The translations under genes and the position numbers were made by a program. Source: Minutocellus sp. GHC0000111 (taxonomy: Eukaryota). Taken from it: a DNA stretch of 64,000 nt. The DNA is taken from NCBI GenBank assembly GCA_977018835.1, contig OZ361260.1, forward strand, positions 3,410,001 to 3,474,000. Direction: 5' to 3'. The notes below the pieces were generated by a model that ran no database searches, was not told the origin of the DNA, and saw only the letters and a program-made list of their open reading frames with translations. This document shows, piece after piece, positions 25,504 to 37,003 of the stretch. How positions within the stretch are numbered: position 1 is the first letter of the stretch; every line of letters starts with the position of its first letter.

Positions 25504-27063
25504 TCAATGCACACAGGTGCTCACTTCGGGCACGCTCGTCATTGTAGCAGCAGCATTGCGATCAAGGCACTGCTTCACTTCCTCTAGCATATTTCCATCT
25601 AGAGAGAGAATGTACTTCAGATAATAAACTACAATCATGTCGAGTTGGCTGCCGGGTCCGTTGACAAAAGTGACGAATTCGTTGTCATCGACAAATTGCA
25701 AATCGATGTTGCCGTTGCTGTCCGTGGGGACAATGTTCCCATCCCCATTGCCACTTCTCTTGAAGTTGGCTTGAAGCTGCACATGTAATTGGAATGGAGT
25801 AGTTGCACACTTATGGGTTAGAACATAACATGGCCAGAACAATTGAAATGATGCGCATTAAACAATACTGACTTACCGTAGTGACATTGGAACGGACTTT
25901 TGTGAGGGTATCTTTCATGTCCTTCTCTGTTGCTGGTCTGTTGGAAGATGGCGGTGGCAGATCATTCGCTTTGTTGAAGGGTTCGGGTAAATCAGGCATC
26001 TCAATCGACTGAATTGACACATCACTGTTGCACATTTGAGCGGCCTTCTCGTAGAAATTGAGAGGGCGGTTGGGGGAGTTACGATCGTCAAGCTCCCTGG
26101 CAGTTGCGGAGTTGTTTCGGTTCACAAGATCATCACGGAGAGAGGGGTGAAGCATCACATGGAAGCGTCGGAGTACAGCAAATGTGCTGGCATGGGCGAC
26201 TTGGCTGGCATCTTCCTCAAGCTTTGAGCAGAGATTTGTGAGCAGGGCGTTGACAACGGGACGCTCATTGGGAACAATGATCTCGCTAAGATATTTTTCC
26301 AGCTCCGATTTGGTCCAATTGGTACACTTCGGCATCTGCCTTGGCTCGTCGGAAGCATCATTAAGGAGGACGACGCGGCGCAATACCTCGCGTTTCATCA
26401 CGATCGGATTCGACTACGGAACTCCTTTCTTCATTCCATACTTTTTGCCCTTCTTTCCGACAAAGTTCTGGAGGGTTTCGTGTTCAAGAGGATCGACAGC
26501 ATATTCGGTACCGACAGTCATGGCAATAAGAACAGCTGGTTCGTCCAAGGCCTTATCATACCATTTCTGGGGCCGAAGTTTGTCAGCATCAATACTGAAG
26601 ATAGTATACAAATCATTGGCCAACGTTTGTGATGGGCGAGCGGGGGAAGACTGGGCTGGCCTGGAACGTGATGAACCACTCAAGCTGTTGTTGCTGGAAC
26701 TACTGTTGGAAAGGGAACTGGGAAGATGGTTGCGGCATCGAGTTCGGTTACTGTCGGGGTTGATGTCCGACCATCCATTCATACACTCGACGCAAAAGGC
26801 GATGCCGCAGATGCGGTCGAGGTGATGGGGCCGGGGCGGTAAGCAACAGTACTTTGTGGCACGATGAAGCGGCAGATGTTCTCAGTGAGGGTAGAAGTAG
26901 AGCACATGCTACATCGGACAGGTTCAAACTTGTTGACTGAATAGTTGAATGAAAGGATGGTCAAACCATCCTCGTCGGCATCGGATGCGGCGGTAGCACC
27001 GCCCGCTGCTGCGGAAGCGGAAGCGGCGGAAACCTCTGACGCCTCTGTCCGCGTGTTTGCCAT
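25504..27063 (-). pseudogene. Harbinger-associated second ORF (N-terminal Cys/His zinc finger; Myb/SANT-like accessory), disrupted
   Basis: Convergent with the transposase. CSMC..C...RICGIAFCVEC...RCRNH after a 1-nt frameshift at ~26820, an in-frame TAG at 26414-26416, then LNFYEKAAQMCN...NFKRSGNGDG and a probable intron near 25790-25877. Confidence 0.55.
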
Positions 27064-27365
27064 GACGGCGGCGGCCTCTGGTAGCAGACGCACAAGATAC
27101 GGTGCACAGAAGGCCGGGCAAGGATGCAAAGCCCGATGCCGGGCGGGCCCGAGATAAATGGCTCAACCTTTTGAAGGAGAGCGTGATGGGCGGACTCCGT
27201 CGATAGATACCGCCCATTTTCACTGCGGAAAGAGGAGCTTGGCTCTTTCTCCGCCCCTCTCAAAGACGTTTGTCGACCTTGGAGCGAACGGCATTTCATC
27301 GAAGACCTCCGGGTGCTTTTGGAAAAACATCGAAGTTGATCAACGTCTTGAAGTACACAAAACCA

Positions 27366-27815
27366 TTACCTACTTGCCTCAAATTCGCACTTCCCACAAA
27401 AACTCTCTTGTTTGGACCGCCTCTGAGCCATTGGAATACCGTCGATCTCACCACCTGCCTCTTCTTCATCAGAAGAGGCAATGTCAATGATGTCCTCTTG
27501 CGCGGTGATTTTCACCAGAACTCGGCTAGAACTTGTCCTGTAAGTTGAAGTCAGCGCTGCATCGTAGTTGGTATGGGTAGGGCTCACCTCATCGTCGAAA
27601 AGAATGCCTTCCATCTTCAATTGCTCTCCGCTATGCCAGAGACCAAGGACTCTCCACGCGTTAGCAACGCCATCTTGGAGAAATGATTGGTGAAAGGCTT
27701 GATTCAAAGTATATTCCCGAGGGCAAAAGACACAGAGGGCTTTGTCCTCGAAGCGCGTGTCTTCGCGTTGGATCACGAATTTTACACGGATGTCGGGGCT
27801 ACTTGCAATACTCAT
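27366..27815 (-). CDS. Orphan ORF inside the transposon island
   Basis: ~150-aa ATG-initiated ORF (MSIASSPDIRVKFVIQ...). No recognised domain. Confidence 0.35.
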   Translation of the reverse strand: MSIASSPDIRVKFVIQREDTRFEDKALCVFCPREYTLNQAFHQSFLQDGVANAWRVLGLWHSGEQLKMEGILFDDEVSPTHTNYDAALTSTYRTSSSRVLVKITAQEDIIDIASSDEEEAGGEIDGIPMAQRRSKQESFCGKCEFEASR

Positions 27816-28052
27816 CTTGGAGGAGAAAATTATAGGTATGAATAGAAGCAATGGGTTCGAGGTCGGCTTATTATTAATATTTGGATAAATGAAAAAGAGA
27901 CAATCGCTGATTTGAATAGACAGATTTTTGCGCACCGTGGAACGCATCGAATGCAACGTGTCACTCCGATGTCAGTTCAAATCGGCATTTTCATTCTCTA
28001 AGCTCGCCAAATTGTGAATAGTTAGCGACACACATACAACCCCTCAATTCCA

Positions 28053-29159
28053 TTAGTTCAACACAGCAAAATCATGAATATCCTTCAGTACGTCCTCGAC
28101 GAAGCGACTATCATGCATGAAGAAATGATCTCCACCATCATATACCTTGAGGACTGAGTTGACTTCATTTGAAGTATCACAAAGGTTTAGCCATAGCTCT
28201 TCGGAGTCTCTGTAGTCTTTGCTCCCGTTCATAAAGCACATGGGTATATCGAGCTCAGGAATGTGCTTCGCTGGAGCAACGCTCCGAAGAATTGTAACCT
28301 GCTCTTCTCCTTGCTCAAAGAACCACCCGGCAGCAAAAGTTGATTCAATCACCCATTGGTCGGCGGGGGACATTTTGGTAACATCTAGCATCATCTTGGC
28401 CAATTTCTTGTTGCTGTAGTGTTTTGCGACATAAGATAGCAGATGCAAACCCAGCGATGCTTTGAGACTTCTCCCAGGACCAACGTTTTGGCCGCAATCC
28501 ATCAGCACGGCGCTGTTGAATACTTTCTTGAATTCGTCTAGCAGGTAAAACCCAACGTAGGCACCGAGTGATCCACCAACATAAACAATCTTCTCTTTTG
28601 AATTTGTCCTCCTTCCGTCTTCTTCTTGAATGATCTTGTTCTCTTCGAGAACATTTTTCAGTTCCTCCCAACACGTATCAAAAGATAGCTCGACTTCAGC
28701 TAGACTGCCATGCCCTGGTAGATCGAGAAGGATGCATCGATGACCATGCCGAACCATTAGCTCTTGTGCGTGGTGACGAAACATGGCTCGACTGCCACCA
28801 CCACCGTGAACGAAGACGAATGTGACACCAGACTTCTTGGCATCGGCTGATGGCTCAATCACGTCGTAAGTTTTTGTGAAGTCCAGGACGGATAGTCGTT
28901 GGAAGCAGGACTTGCAGAAGCTTTGAATGTGCGCCTTCTTTTGAAGATCTTTGTCGCGTCCCGACGAATTCTCATCACAATCCTTCATCAAGACCAACGG
29001 ATATGACTCGTAGCATACCTTACAAAGTTCAGCGTCACAAGATTCGCACGAAAAGGAGGCCGCTGAGCAGAAGAGCCCGTGCCGTTTGATGGGCTGATCG
29101 CAATCGTTGCAGGTTGTCATGAGTGAGTGGCGGAAATCAGCGGCAGGTGCTGGTGTCAT
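28053..29159 (-). CDS. Alpha/beta hydrolase with N-terminal Cys-rich (FYVE-like) zinc finger
   Basis: Four CxxC pairs (CNDC, CESC, CKVC, CKSC), then VFVHGGGGS, DLPGHG, nucleophile elbow GGSLG, NGSKD and GGDHF. Confidence 0.85.
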   Translation of the reverse strand: MTPAPAADFRHSLMTTCNDCDQPIKRHGLFCSAASFSCESCDAELCKVCYESYPLVLMKDCDENSSGRDKDLQKKAHIQSFCKSCFQRLSVLDFTKTYDVIEPSADAKKSGVTFVFVHGGGGSRAMFRHHAQELMVRHGHRCILLDLPGHGSLAEVELSFDTCWEELKNVLEENKIIQEEDGRRTNSKEKIVYVGGSLGAYVGFYLLDEFKKVFNSAVLMDCGQNVGPGRSLKASLGLHLLSYVAKHYSNKKLAKMMLDVTKMSPADQWVIESTFAAGWFFEQGEEQVTILRSVAPAKHIPELDIPMCFMNGSKDYRDSEELWLNLCDTSNEVNSVLKVYDGGDHFFMHDSRFVEDVLKDIHDFAVLN

Positions 29160-29833
29160 CAGACGTACTCTTCTATTGTGTTCTCGTTCGTTTCAGTGCT
29201 TAACATGCACGCCCGTATACGTACGTATAAACAGCCTGAGCACACGCGTTCAATGCGTGTTTAGTGCTGATGCGATGATGTTCTAGTGGCTAACGCAAGC
29301 TCAGGGAGGGGGCACCCATCCGCGCACATAGAGACAGTTTGCTATGATTTCCTTTGTTCCGGCAAGTAGTCAGATTCGTGTGGATAGTTGCGCTACAGCA
29401 GATGGCCCGGGTGCCCCGATGAGTTGAATGCGTGCAGAGAGAAGCAAGCATGTTGTTGTGTTGCAATCCACAAACAACGGGTGTGTGCAACACATGTGGA
29501 GAGGAGCAGCTGCCAAAACAAGGCGGTGCACTTTATGAGCAAGGCGGAGCTACTTGTCATCCGCCAACCCTGACTGCAGCCACTAGGTAATTACTAGTAG
29601 AAGCTAGCGCTACTAGTAGGTAACAACCACTGCCAAAACGCTCATCATCTGCCCCCATTCGAGGGAGGCGGGACCAACATGTTTTTTGACAGGACCAAGC
29701 CCATTTGCTAGCAGTTTGTTAGCCGCCTTGTTTCGTCACTCGGTCAGAGCTCGAGGCGGAGCCTCGAAATTTCTTTTCCCTCTGCTTGGCACCTTCTCGT
29801 CAAAATGAGCGAGCGACATGATGTTTCTAGAGT

Positions 29834-30202
29834 GCAGCTAGCTAGCCCGTCTTTCTTTTCTTGGCTCTCTTGGCTTCTTGTCGTCGTCGTCGCTCTCTGC
29901 TTCGTAGTCGGACGCGTCAGCAGCTGCGGCCGCCACGGCAGCAGCTACGGCCACGGCAGCGACTTCATCGGCATCGTCCTCGTCGTCGGACGGGCTGAAA
30001 GTGGTCGTCGAGCCAAGAGCAGCTAGCTAGCCCGTCTTTCTTTTCTTGGCTCTCTTGGCTTCTTGTCGTCGTCGTCGCTCTCTGCTTCGCAGTCGGACGC
30101 GTCAGCAGCTGCGGCCGCCACGGCAGCAGCTACGGCCACGGCAGCGACTTCATCGGCAGCATCGTCCTCGTCGTCGGACGGGCTGAAAGTGGTCGTCGAG
30201 CC
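29834..30202. repeat. Tandem duplication, period 185 bp, of the 3' end of a degenerate minus-strand ORF
   Basis: Units 29834-30014 and 30019-30202 are identical except for a 3-bp indel and one TA/CA substitution (29905 vs 30090). Confidence 0.9.
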
Positions 30203-30830
30203 GCCAGTGCTCACGCTGGCACCACTTCTTTCCAGCGGCGCGCGGCGTTTTTTCACCCGTCCAATGATGTCTCCGTCCAAGGCAAGGGAGTGTCTCGCGG
30301 CCGGCTTGAAGGTTGTCGGCGATGGACGTGATCAGGTCCATCGCCTCATCGTCTATCAGGCCGCGAACGCCGGCAGGCATCATGAGGAGGACGTCGGCGT
30401 CACCAGCCAGCCAGGCAGGCCGAGGTGCAGTGTCTCGGACTTTGCGTGCTTGTAGGTTGCTCCGAAAGGGGGACCGATGCATGCCACCCGGCCATCAAGA
30501 GGTGGAGAAAAATGCTGCGCAAGTCCAATGACAGCACTGTGCATGCGGCGGGGACGACCTCGCGCAACAACGGAGCCTGAGTTCGTCCAGCTTTAGGTGA
30601 GCCACTCGACCCGCGAAAAGTAACAATGCATCTTGCCGTCGTGGGATACGTACGTACGTACACATACGTACGGTACGTACGGTGATCAGACCACTGAGTG
30701 CCCTCTCCTGACCGTTGATCCATGGGCCAACGACATCTCCGATGGCCCATTTTTCATCTACGTAGGTCCTATTAACCTCTACTAGCTATATCTATCTAGC
30801 TTAGCTTTAGGACCTCTTAGCAGACCTACG

Positions 30831-31750
30831 TGATGCATCTTTTCCACCCGTGCTCGCCCCATTTCGGCTGGTTCGCACCTCACCGGTCGGTTTGTCTTGC
30901 TTGGTTGGGTTCTCACTCGTCACGCAAGAAAAACCGACACATTTTCAATCGGCCAAAACGACCGTTTCTTTCGACAACATTGGAACGACGATCCAATCCC
31001 TTCCCCGAAAGTCCTGACCAGATCGACCCATCCAATCGATCACACTTCTCTCTGGATCGAACCTTCTCTGTCGATCACACGTCTCGCAGCAGCAACACCG
31101 CCGTGCTGCCTGCCTGTCTTTGTCGCTGACTGAAACACCAGCATGAATCCCGACGCAGTTTTTGGCCAACCTCTCGGCGCAGCGCCGATTCTCCCCACCA
31201 AGTTAATCACACGCATGAATGACCCAGGACAACCTCCCAACGCGAGCGTGTTGCCAAAGCGCTCAAGGAACTTCAACAAGCGGCGGCCACCAGCGTTCCA
31301 GCAGCAGGGTGCAATGTGACCATGACCTCGGCCATTTGGGCCTCGTCGTCAGCGATGCCGAATACACAACCGAAAGTAACGGCCGACCACATGTGCCTCC
31401 GGCAAATGCTGGCCCCAGCCCCACCATTCCCGCCGTGGCCAATCTAGACCAACGCGATCGTGCAATCCGGGGACATTGCATCGAAAAGGGCCACTGCAAC
31501 TTGTGCGAGCAAGTCAACACGGCGCTCAAGAATCTCCTCCTCGACTCGACCGACGCCGTCTACATCAATCATCTCGAAGATGACATGCTCGGTTTCCAGC
31601 CAGTCACCATCCGCCAAATCATCGACAGCATCACCGATCGCCACTTGAAATTCAAAACGAGAGAGACTCAGAAGGAGGAATTAGAGAAGCAGCTCGAGAA
31701 GCAGTGCGACGGGGGACCCATCGACACCCACATCGCCATGTTTAACTCGG
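30831..31750 (+). mobile_element. Truncated Ty1/Copia (CoDi-like) LTR retrotransposon relic: candidate 5' LTR 30831-30979, candidate PBS at 30981, gag N-terminus from 31143
   Basis: TG...CAACA followed by T-TGG. The frameshifted peptide ...KELQQAA.SVP...GHLGLVVSDAEY...P.VPP...VNTALKNLLLDSTDAVYINHLEDDMLGFQPVTIRQIIDSITDRH matches the diatom Copia gag pattern as I recall it (GHLGLV..AEY; ALK..L..A.D..Y...L.D..LGF..VT). Confidence 0.7.
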
Positions 31751-32600
31751 CCTTTGGGCACGTTGGAGGGATGAGTGTTTCAACAGTTCGAGCCCGGCAC
31801 AGCAGCCCATCCAACATCAACTCCCCTGCGCTCTCCGGACGGTCTTGCCTTTTCCTTCCGAAGGCAAACAACACCAACGGCCTGTTCACGACGACTCAGG
31901 CGACGTGACGGAGCAACCAGGGAAGGAAGGACCACCAGGAGCATGGCCTCGATCGATCGGCTTGTCGATGAGGCGAGATTTGGCAGCAGGCCACCACATG
32001 TTGGTGACCAGCACAGCAGGGCCGTCATGATGGAAGAGGTGGACGGCCGCGTTGATGTGAACGACCATCCACAGCGCTGCAGCGAAGACGGCATCACTGT
32101 CAGCCCCCCTGCACCCAAAAAAGCGATTGGAACTCGGAGGCATGCGTCGCGGACAGATCGTGGACCGACCACCAGACTGTCCGGCACACTCCTCCTCGCC
32201 AGAGGTTGGCTGGCTTGAGAGCATGGCCCGACAGCAAACACCATGAGACGGCAGACTCATCTTGGCGTGCTACTAGTAGCAGCATGTAGCATGTGACGGG
32301 TGCGTTTTTCAGCATGGCTGGCGCCTCGAAAATTTCAGCAGAAGCGCGCGAAAAATTCGGAAACAACCATTCGGCAGAAAAAAGGTGAAGCGGGGCCAAA
32401 ACAATTAGCAAAAGACGATGAGGAAACACTATGTAGGCTCTGTGAATTTGCCGCGGAAGATGCGATTATTTGCATTGTTAATATTTTTTATCTTCGGGGG
32501 TGTTTTCGGGTTGTGCCCCGCTTCGATCATTGATTTTTCTCCGTTCATGAAGATTGTTATAACCCGGGAACTTCACCCCATTTCTCCATGTTACCGTTGT

Positions 32601-32935
32601 GAGGCGGCTCCAAAAAAGCTCATAGGTTTTCTTTTTGGCATAGGTTTTCACTATTGTTTGCCGGCGCTAAAACTGCCATCACTGCATGTGCATGTTTGTG
32701 GCATAGATTTAAGGGTGCGTGTAACAACAAGACAGTTAAGTTCCCCTTCATTTGGTTTTGCTGCAAAAATTTGGAAAAATCTAGCTGCCCAGAGGCAGAA
32801 AAACTTAGGTTTTGACAATGAAAACTAACAACTTAGGCCATTTTTGGCACAGGTTTTGCATGAAAAAAAGCTCATAGATTTTGAGGCGGCTCCAAAAAAA
32901 AGCTCATAGGTTTTCAAAATGGTCATAGGTTTTCT
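32601..32935. repeat. Cluster of short direct repeats, core CATAGGTTTT, in AT-rich non-coding DNA
   Basis: GAGGCGGCTCCAAAAAA(AA)GCTCATAGGTTTT at 32601 and 32883. CATAG(G/A)TTT and variants also at ~32639, 32702, 32848, 32873 and 32924. Confidence 0.7.
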
Positions 32936-33519
32936 ATGATGATTAGGGTGCATGTACTCTCTGATGATTATTGCTCTGGCGCCCTTTCAGCTTGTACTTG
33001 CTGTTGCTGGGCCTGATGTTGAACTTTGCGCATAAAAATCTTCATGGCTGAATATTTTGCGAGGCAAAATTTGAAGATAAAAACATACACGTACGTGCGA
33101 AGATTGTCCCAAATCAAACAAAAAAGGGGGGCACCGATAGCCAAATCTTCACAGTACGCCATGTAAAAGCCTGCCTAAAATGGCGATGCCATCCTCGGCC
33201 GGCTTGCTTGTTAGTACCAGATCTACATAAGCTACTGCAGCAGTCGTGCAAAATTTTTCGATGCATGCATTTCTTTAAGTAACAACCCTAATGACCCTAT
33301 GACTTTTCGATGCAAGGTCCACCAGATCCCCCCTCCTGACAGCACCTCCACTCCACCCCCTACAAAACTAGCAAGCTAACTTTGTCGCTGAGGGCTCGGT
33401 TACCTCGAGCCAACTTTTGTGGCACTCATACCAATTTGTATTCTATTGCCCTTACGTCTAGTAGCTCTATGCACACTGAATCTATCTAAAAAAAAACAGA
33501 AAGCAGTACCCGGGTAACG

Positions 33520-34575
33520 TCATTCTTCAGCAGTCGAACTTCTGCGAACAATCGAGACTGTGGGATACGGCGCAGTGTATGCCTCGATATCCTCTTGTAG
33601 ATTATAGCTTGGATGGAAGGGAATCATTGAAACATAATCTCCGATAGGAATATCCTCCCAGTCCTCGCCGGCCATGGCCTCATAGGCCATGGCCTCTTCT
33701 TGCAGTCGACTCTCAAGGTCTGAAGCAAATGACCAGAATGCGTCCAAGCTGATCACATCCGAAAAGAAATATTCGTCTTCCTCCTCGAGTTTGGCATCCA
33801 GCGCTTCTGAATTCGTATAGGCATCTACCGTATCGGGAGCGGCGACAACAAATGTCCCGGTGAATGTGGTAGTATCATCGGCCTGGAGCAGTTCGAGAGC
33901 GGCTTCTCTTATTGCGTCCTCTACACCCTCAAGGCCGAAGGAAGCTGGTACTATCTTGAACCTTACAGACTCTCTAGTATGCATGGACTCACTTTTGTCT
34001 GGCCGAATGAAGCTATGGCACCAAGCCTTTGTCTTTGTTGTGATTTGATCTGCCAATGAAATTAGATTGGCTGGCTGACTCCATACATCATCCTCCGACG
34101 GAGTCATAACGACAGAGGACCCAAGCGTCTCTTTGATGTCAGGTCGAAGATGAATCCATTTCGTGGGTTCGAAGAAGTCCTCAATAAAGGCACACTCGTG
34201 CAGCCCGTCGCCTTCGTCATCGCAGCTTGTGTAGGCCTCGACGTCGGCATACTTGTATTCAAATTCTTCCACTGACATGTGCATATCATGCGCACATTTT
34301 TGTGCCGTTTCCAATGTGATCCACGGGGTGATCTTTCCACCGCTTACAAGCCAGGCGCTGTAATCAACCCCGGCATCGTGTGATGGCAAAGTTTGGGGTG
34401 CTGCAGAAGCCGATATATCCGATGCTACCGCCGTTGATGGTGATGATGACAGTTTCGAAAGTTGACGGCTAGAATGGGAAGCACGAGAAAACGAAGCCGC
34501 TGATTGGAGATATGAGGCGGAAAGCAGGATTTGCAATGCCGCTGCGCGTAAACGTCGATCGCTGAGGGCGGTCAT
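33520..34575 (-). CDS. Putative plastid-targeted protein with DUF1415-like C-terminal domain
   Basis: Signal peptide + AAS|F and a Ser-rich transit peptide. TKAWCHSFI and IPFHPSY...TAPYPTVSIVR resemble the DUF1415 FHP / SPYP.LHLLR motifs. Confidence 0.6.
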   Translation of the reverse strand: MTALSDRRLRAAALQILLSASYLQSAASFSRASHSSRQLSKLSSSPSTAVASDISASAAPQTLPSHDAGVDYSAWLVSGGKITPWITLETAQKCAHDMHMSVEEFEYKYADVEAYTSCDDEGDGLHECAFIEDFFEPTKWIHLRPDIKETLGSSVVMTPSEDDVWSQPANLISLADQITTKTKAWCHSFIRPDKSESMHTRESVRFKIVPASFGLEGVEDAIREAALELLQADDTTTFTGTFVVAAPDTVDAYTNSEALDAKLEEEDEYFFSDVISLDAFWSFASDLESRLQEEAMAYEAMAGEDWEDIPIGDYVSMIPFHPSYNLQEDIEAYTAPYPTVSIVRRSSTAEE

Positions 34576-34851
34576 TTCTTTCGGCGTATGTGCTTCAGAT
34601 ATTTGAACAATAATGAAGTAAGATCTTACTCGTACCGTCGTGGGAAATTGATGCGCGGCGACGCGAGAACAATCAAGTCAAGAAGCTTGACGTGGCCATG
34701 TCACAACAGCTGGGTGACTGGTAATGAAGCATGAATTCAATAAATTGCAACGCAACCACTATAATTTCTCATAATAGTGCCTATAATTATTCGATTCGAT
34801 TTTTGTGTCAGTTGTCAGAGAGAGACGATGCTCTCTGTTTGTTGCTCTCCT

Positions 34852-36482
34852 TCAGGTTTGGTAGATCATGTTATCAATTCCACCTCGTCTCCAGGGCTCG
34901 CATACAATTGCTCCTTCCTGTTGAAACTTTTCCAGTTCCTGATGGCACTCTCCCACATCTGAAAGCAAAACAAATTTGTCAATTTTCGGTCTGATGCGTC
35001 GAAGGGCAAGCAGGTTAAAAATGTACGCCAAGTCGCTCTTGTAGAGAGTAGTATTCTTCTCGACGCTGTAGAAAACATCATGTAGTGCCGCCCTAGATGC
35101 ATTTGTAGTGAATGCAATTTGGGCGACACTGCAAAAGTTTCGGATTGGTGCTGGCACCAACGACGGCTTGCTTTCAGGTGGAGGGGGGACCGGGGGCAGA
35201 GCTAACCGTACCAATCTCCCGCTGGTCTTGAGGAACTGTTGTTGCGCCTTGCCTGAGACTTTGCCAGCATCAACCAAAATATCTACCTTCTCCTTTATTT
35301 TTCGTGCCCAATCATCAACATTTTTATTTTTGCGGTATCGCCCCGAGAGATTTGATTTGATCGTGGTAATCTGTAGGAGACACAATGAATGTCTTCTTCG
35401 CGCTGCTGACCTTGCAAAGTGATGCTATTGCCAAACCCACAATGCCGGTATTTTCTGCGACCAATATCTGTTTGCCTTTGAGAGACGCCTTGTAGCGTAG
35501 TGGCGGGCTCACTCCCGACTGCAATATCCGGAAGCATTGCTCCAGATGCTTCGCTGGGATCAATGTCGTCGCGTGCCTTTATCAGAGAGTCCGCAGGTAA
35601 GCTAATGTATCTAGCATTTCCACCGCATCGATTGATGCAAGCAACTCGTTCGCCTTCGCTGATACAACTGAGAAAGGCCTCTTGGCCACATTTCACGACG
35701 GTACCAATAATATCGCAACCCGGTGTGTAGTCAGACATAATTGCAGCTCTTCCATCGAATCCTCGCCGCACAACACAGTCAAGAGCCGAAATCGACGACG
35801 CTTCGATAGCTATAATGACATCTGTCGGAAGAACAGGCATGGGCATATGCTGGCCTGTCTTTAAATCAAATGCTGATGCCACAGATAGCGGCGTTCCGTC
35901 CTCGGTTATGAGTGGGTCTCTCTTGCAAACTACTCGGACATCCTGCTCATCGCCGTCGGGAATGGCGAATGTAAAATGCGCCTCTGAATTGCTGGCAGGT
36001 GTTTCCTGCGATCTCTCAATACTTTGGCCTTCGTCAACGTGGCGGCTTGTGGGTTCGTCATCTCGCTCTCCTGCAGATTCGCTCTCAATGCTCGTTTTTC
36101 GTTTGGAAGTTGGAGGTTTGCTACCCGAGGCGCCTGAGGCGGCGTTGGTAATGATCATCAAATCTTTGGCGGAAAGCGAACTCGACGTTCTCCTGCGATC
36201 GGCAACGCTTTTGTCCGATGTTTTTGTTTTAGTAACCATGATGCCTCCATTGTTGCCCATCTTGCGAGTTGATGAACTTGTCTGGATTATCTTCCGAAAC
36301 TCGATGTATTCTGTATTGGTATGACGAACAGAAACCTCCTCGTCATCTTGGCTAGGCGCATCCATTTCTGATTCCATCCCTTCCTCATTCAAGTCAACAT
36401 CTTCGAGACTATCGCCGTTGAGCAATAGACTATTGAATCGAACTGCTCTTTGCAGGGACGAAGATCTCGGGCGGGGCATCAT
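34852..36482 (-). CDS. MDR-superfamily (GroES-like, quinone oxidoreductase/VAT1-like) protein with long disordered N-terminus; two apparent frameshifts (~35545, ~35325)
   Basis: DVIIAIEASSIS..DC.VRRG, TPGCDIIGTVVKCG, GERVACI..GGNARYISLP..L and LKGKQILV...GIVGLAIASLC...A. Confidence 0.7.
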
Positions 36483-37003
36483 CTTCGACAATTACTTGAA
36501 TTGTAGCCGCGCAGAATTGTAGAAAGAAAAAGTGGGAAAACTTGCGTGCAATCAAACGAGTGATTTTGCCAAATGTTGTGCTCGGCTTGTTCTATCTTCA
36601 CAAATTTCTACTCATTCGTTGCAATCGAGTGTGCTGAGCTCCTCAACATCTCCTCATTCTTCTTCATTGCAGTCGATGAGTACCACTCCTGCCACTTGCG
36701 CTCAACGGACGGCCAGTATCAACCAACAACCAACAACTCCGAGGGTGGGACATGAGTCGAGTGAGTCCATCGAAAAGGAGGCACTCTAGCTACGTGCTAG
36801 TGCCTAGGTAGCTAGCCTCTGCGCCAGCTGCTGCGTGAATTTTTATCCGGTCTGCCTTCTCTACGTAGCCAGACTAGATCTGTTAATTGCGGTGATTTGA
36901 ACAAACAAGATGTGTTGCAAAGCAAACTGTGTATTATAATCATGTATAGGCGTGTGTGTATTTGAGGCACAAGCCACATTCACATGGCGTCAAATTTCTT
37001 TTG

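Noticed and set aside
32601..32935. CRISPR-like or telomeric array
   Set aside because: Irregular spacing, short degenerate repeats and no cas genes. The isolated TTAGGG/CCCTAA at ~32943 and ~33286 are not tandem.
35318..35335. AAA-TAA site where a +1 shift restores the MDR ORF (Euplotes-like frameshift motif)
   Set aside because: A single instance within an A-run. The other frameshifts do not share the motif, so a homopolymer error is simpler.
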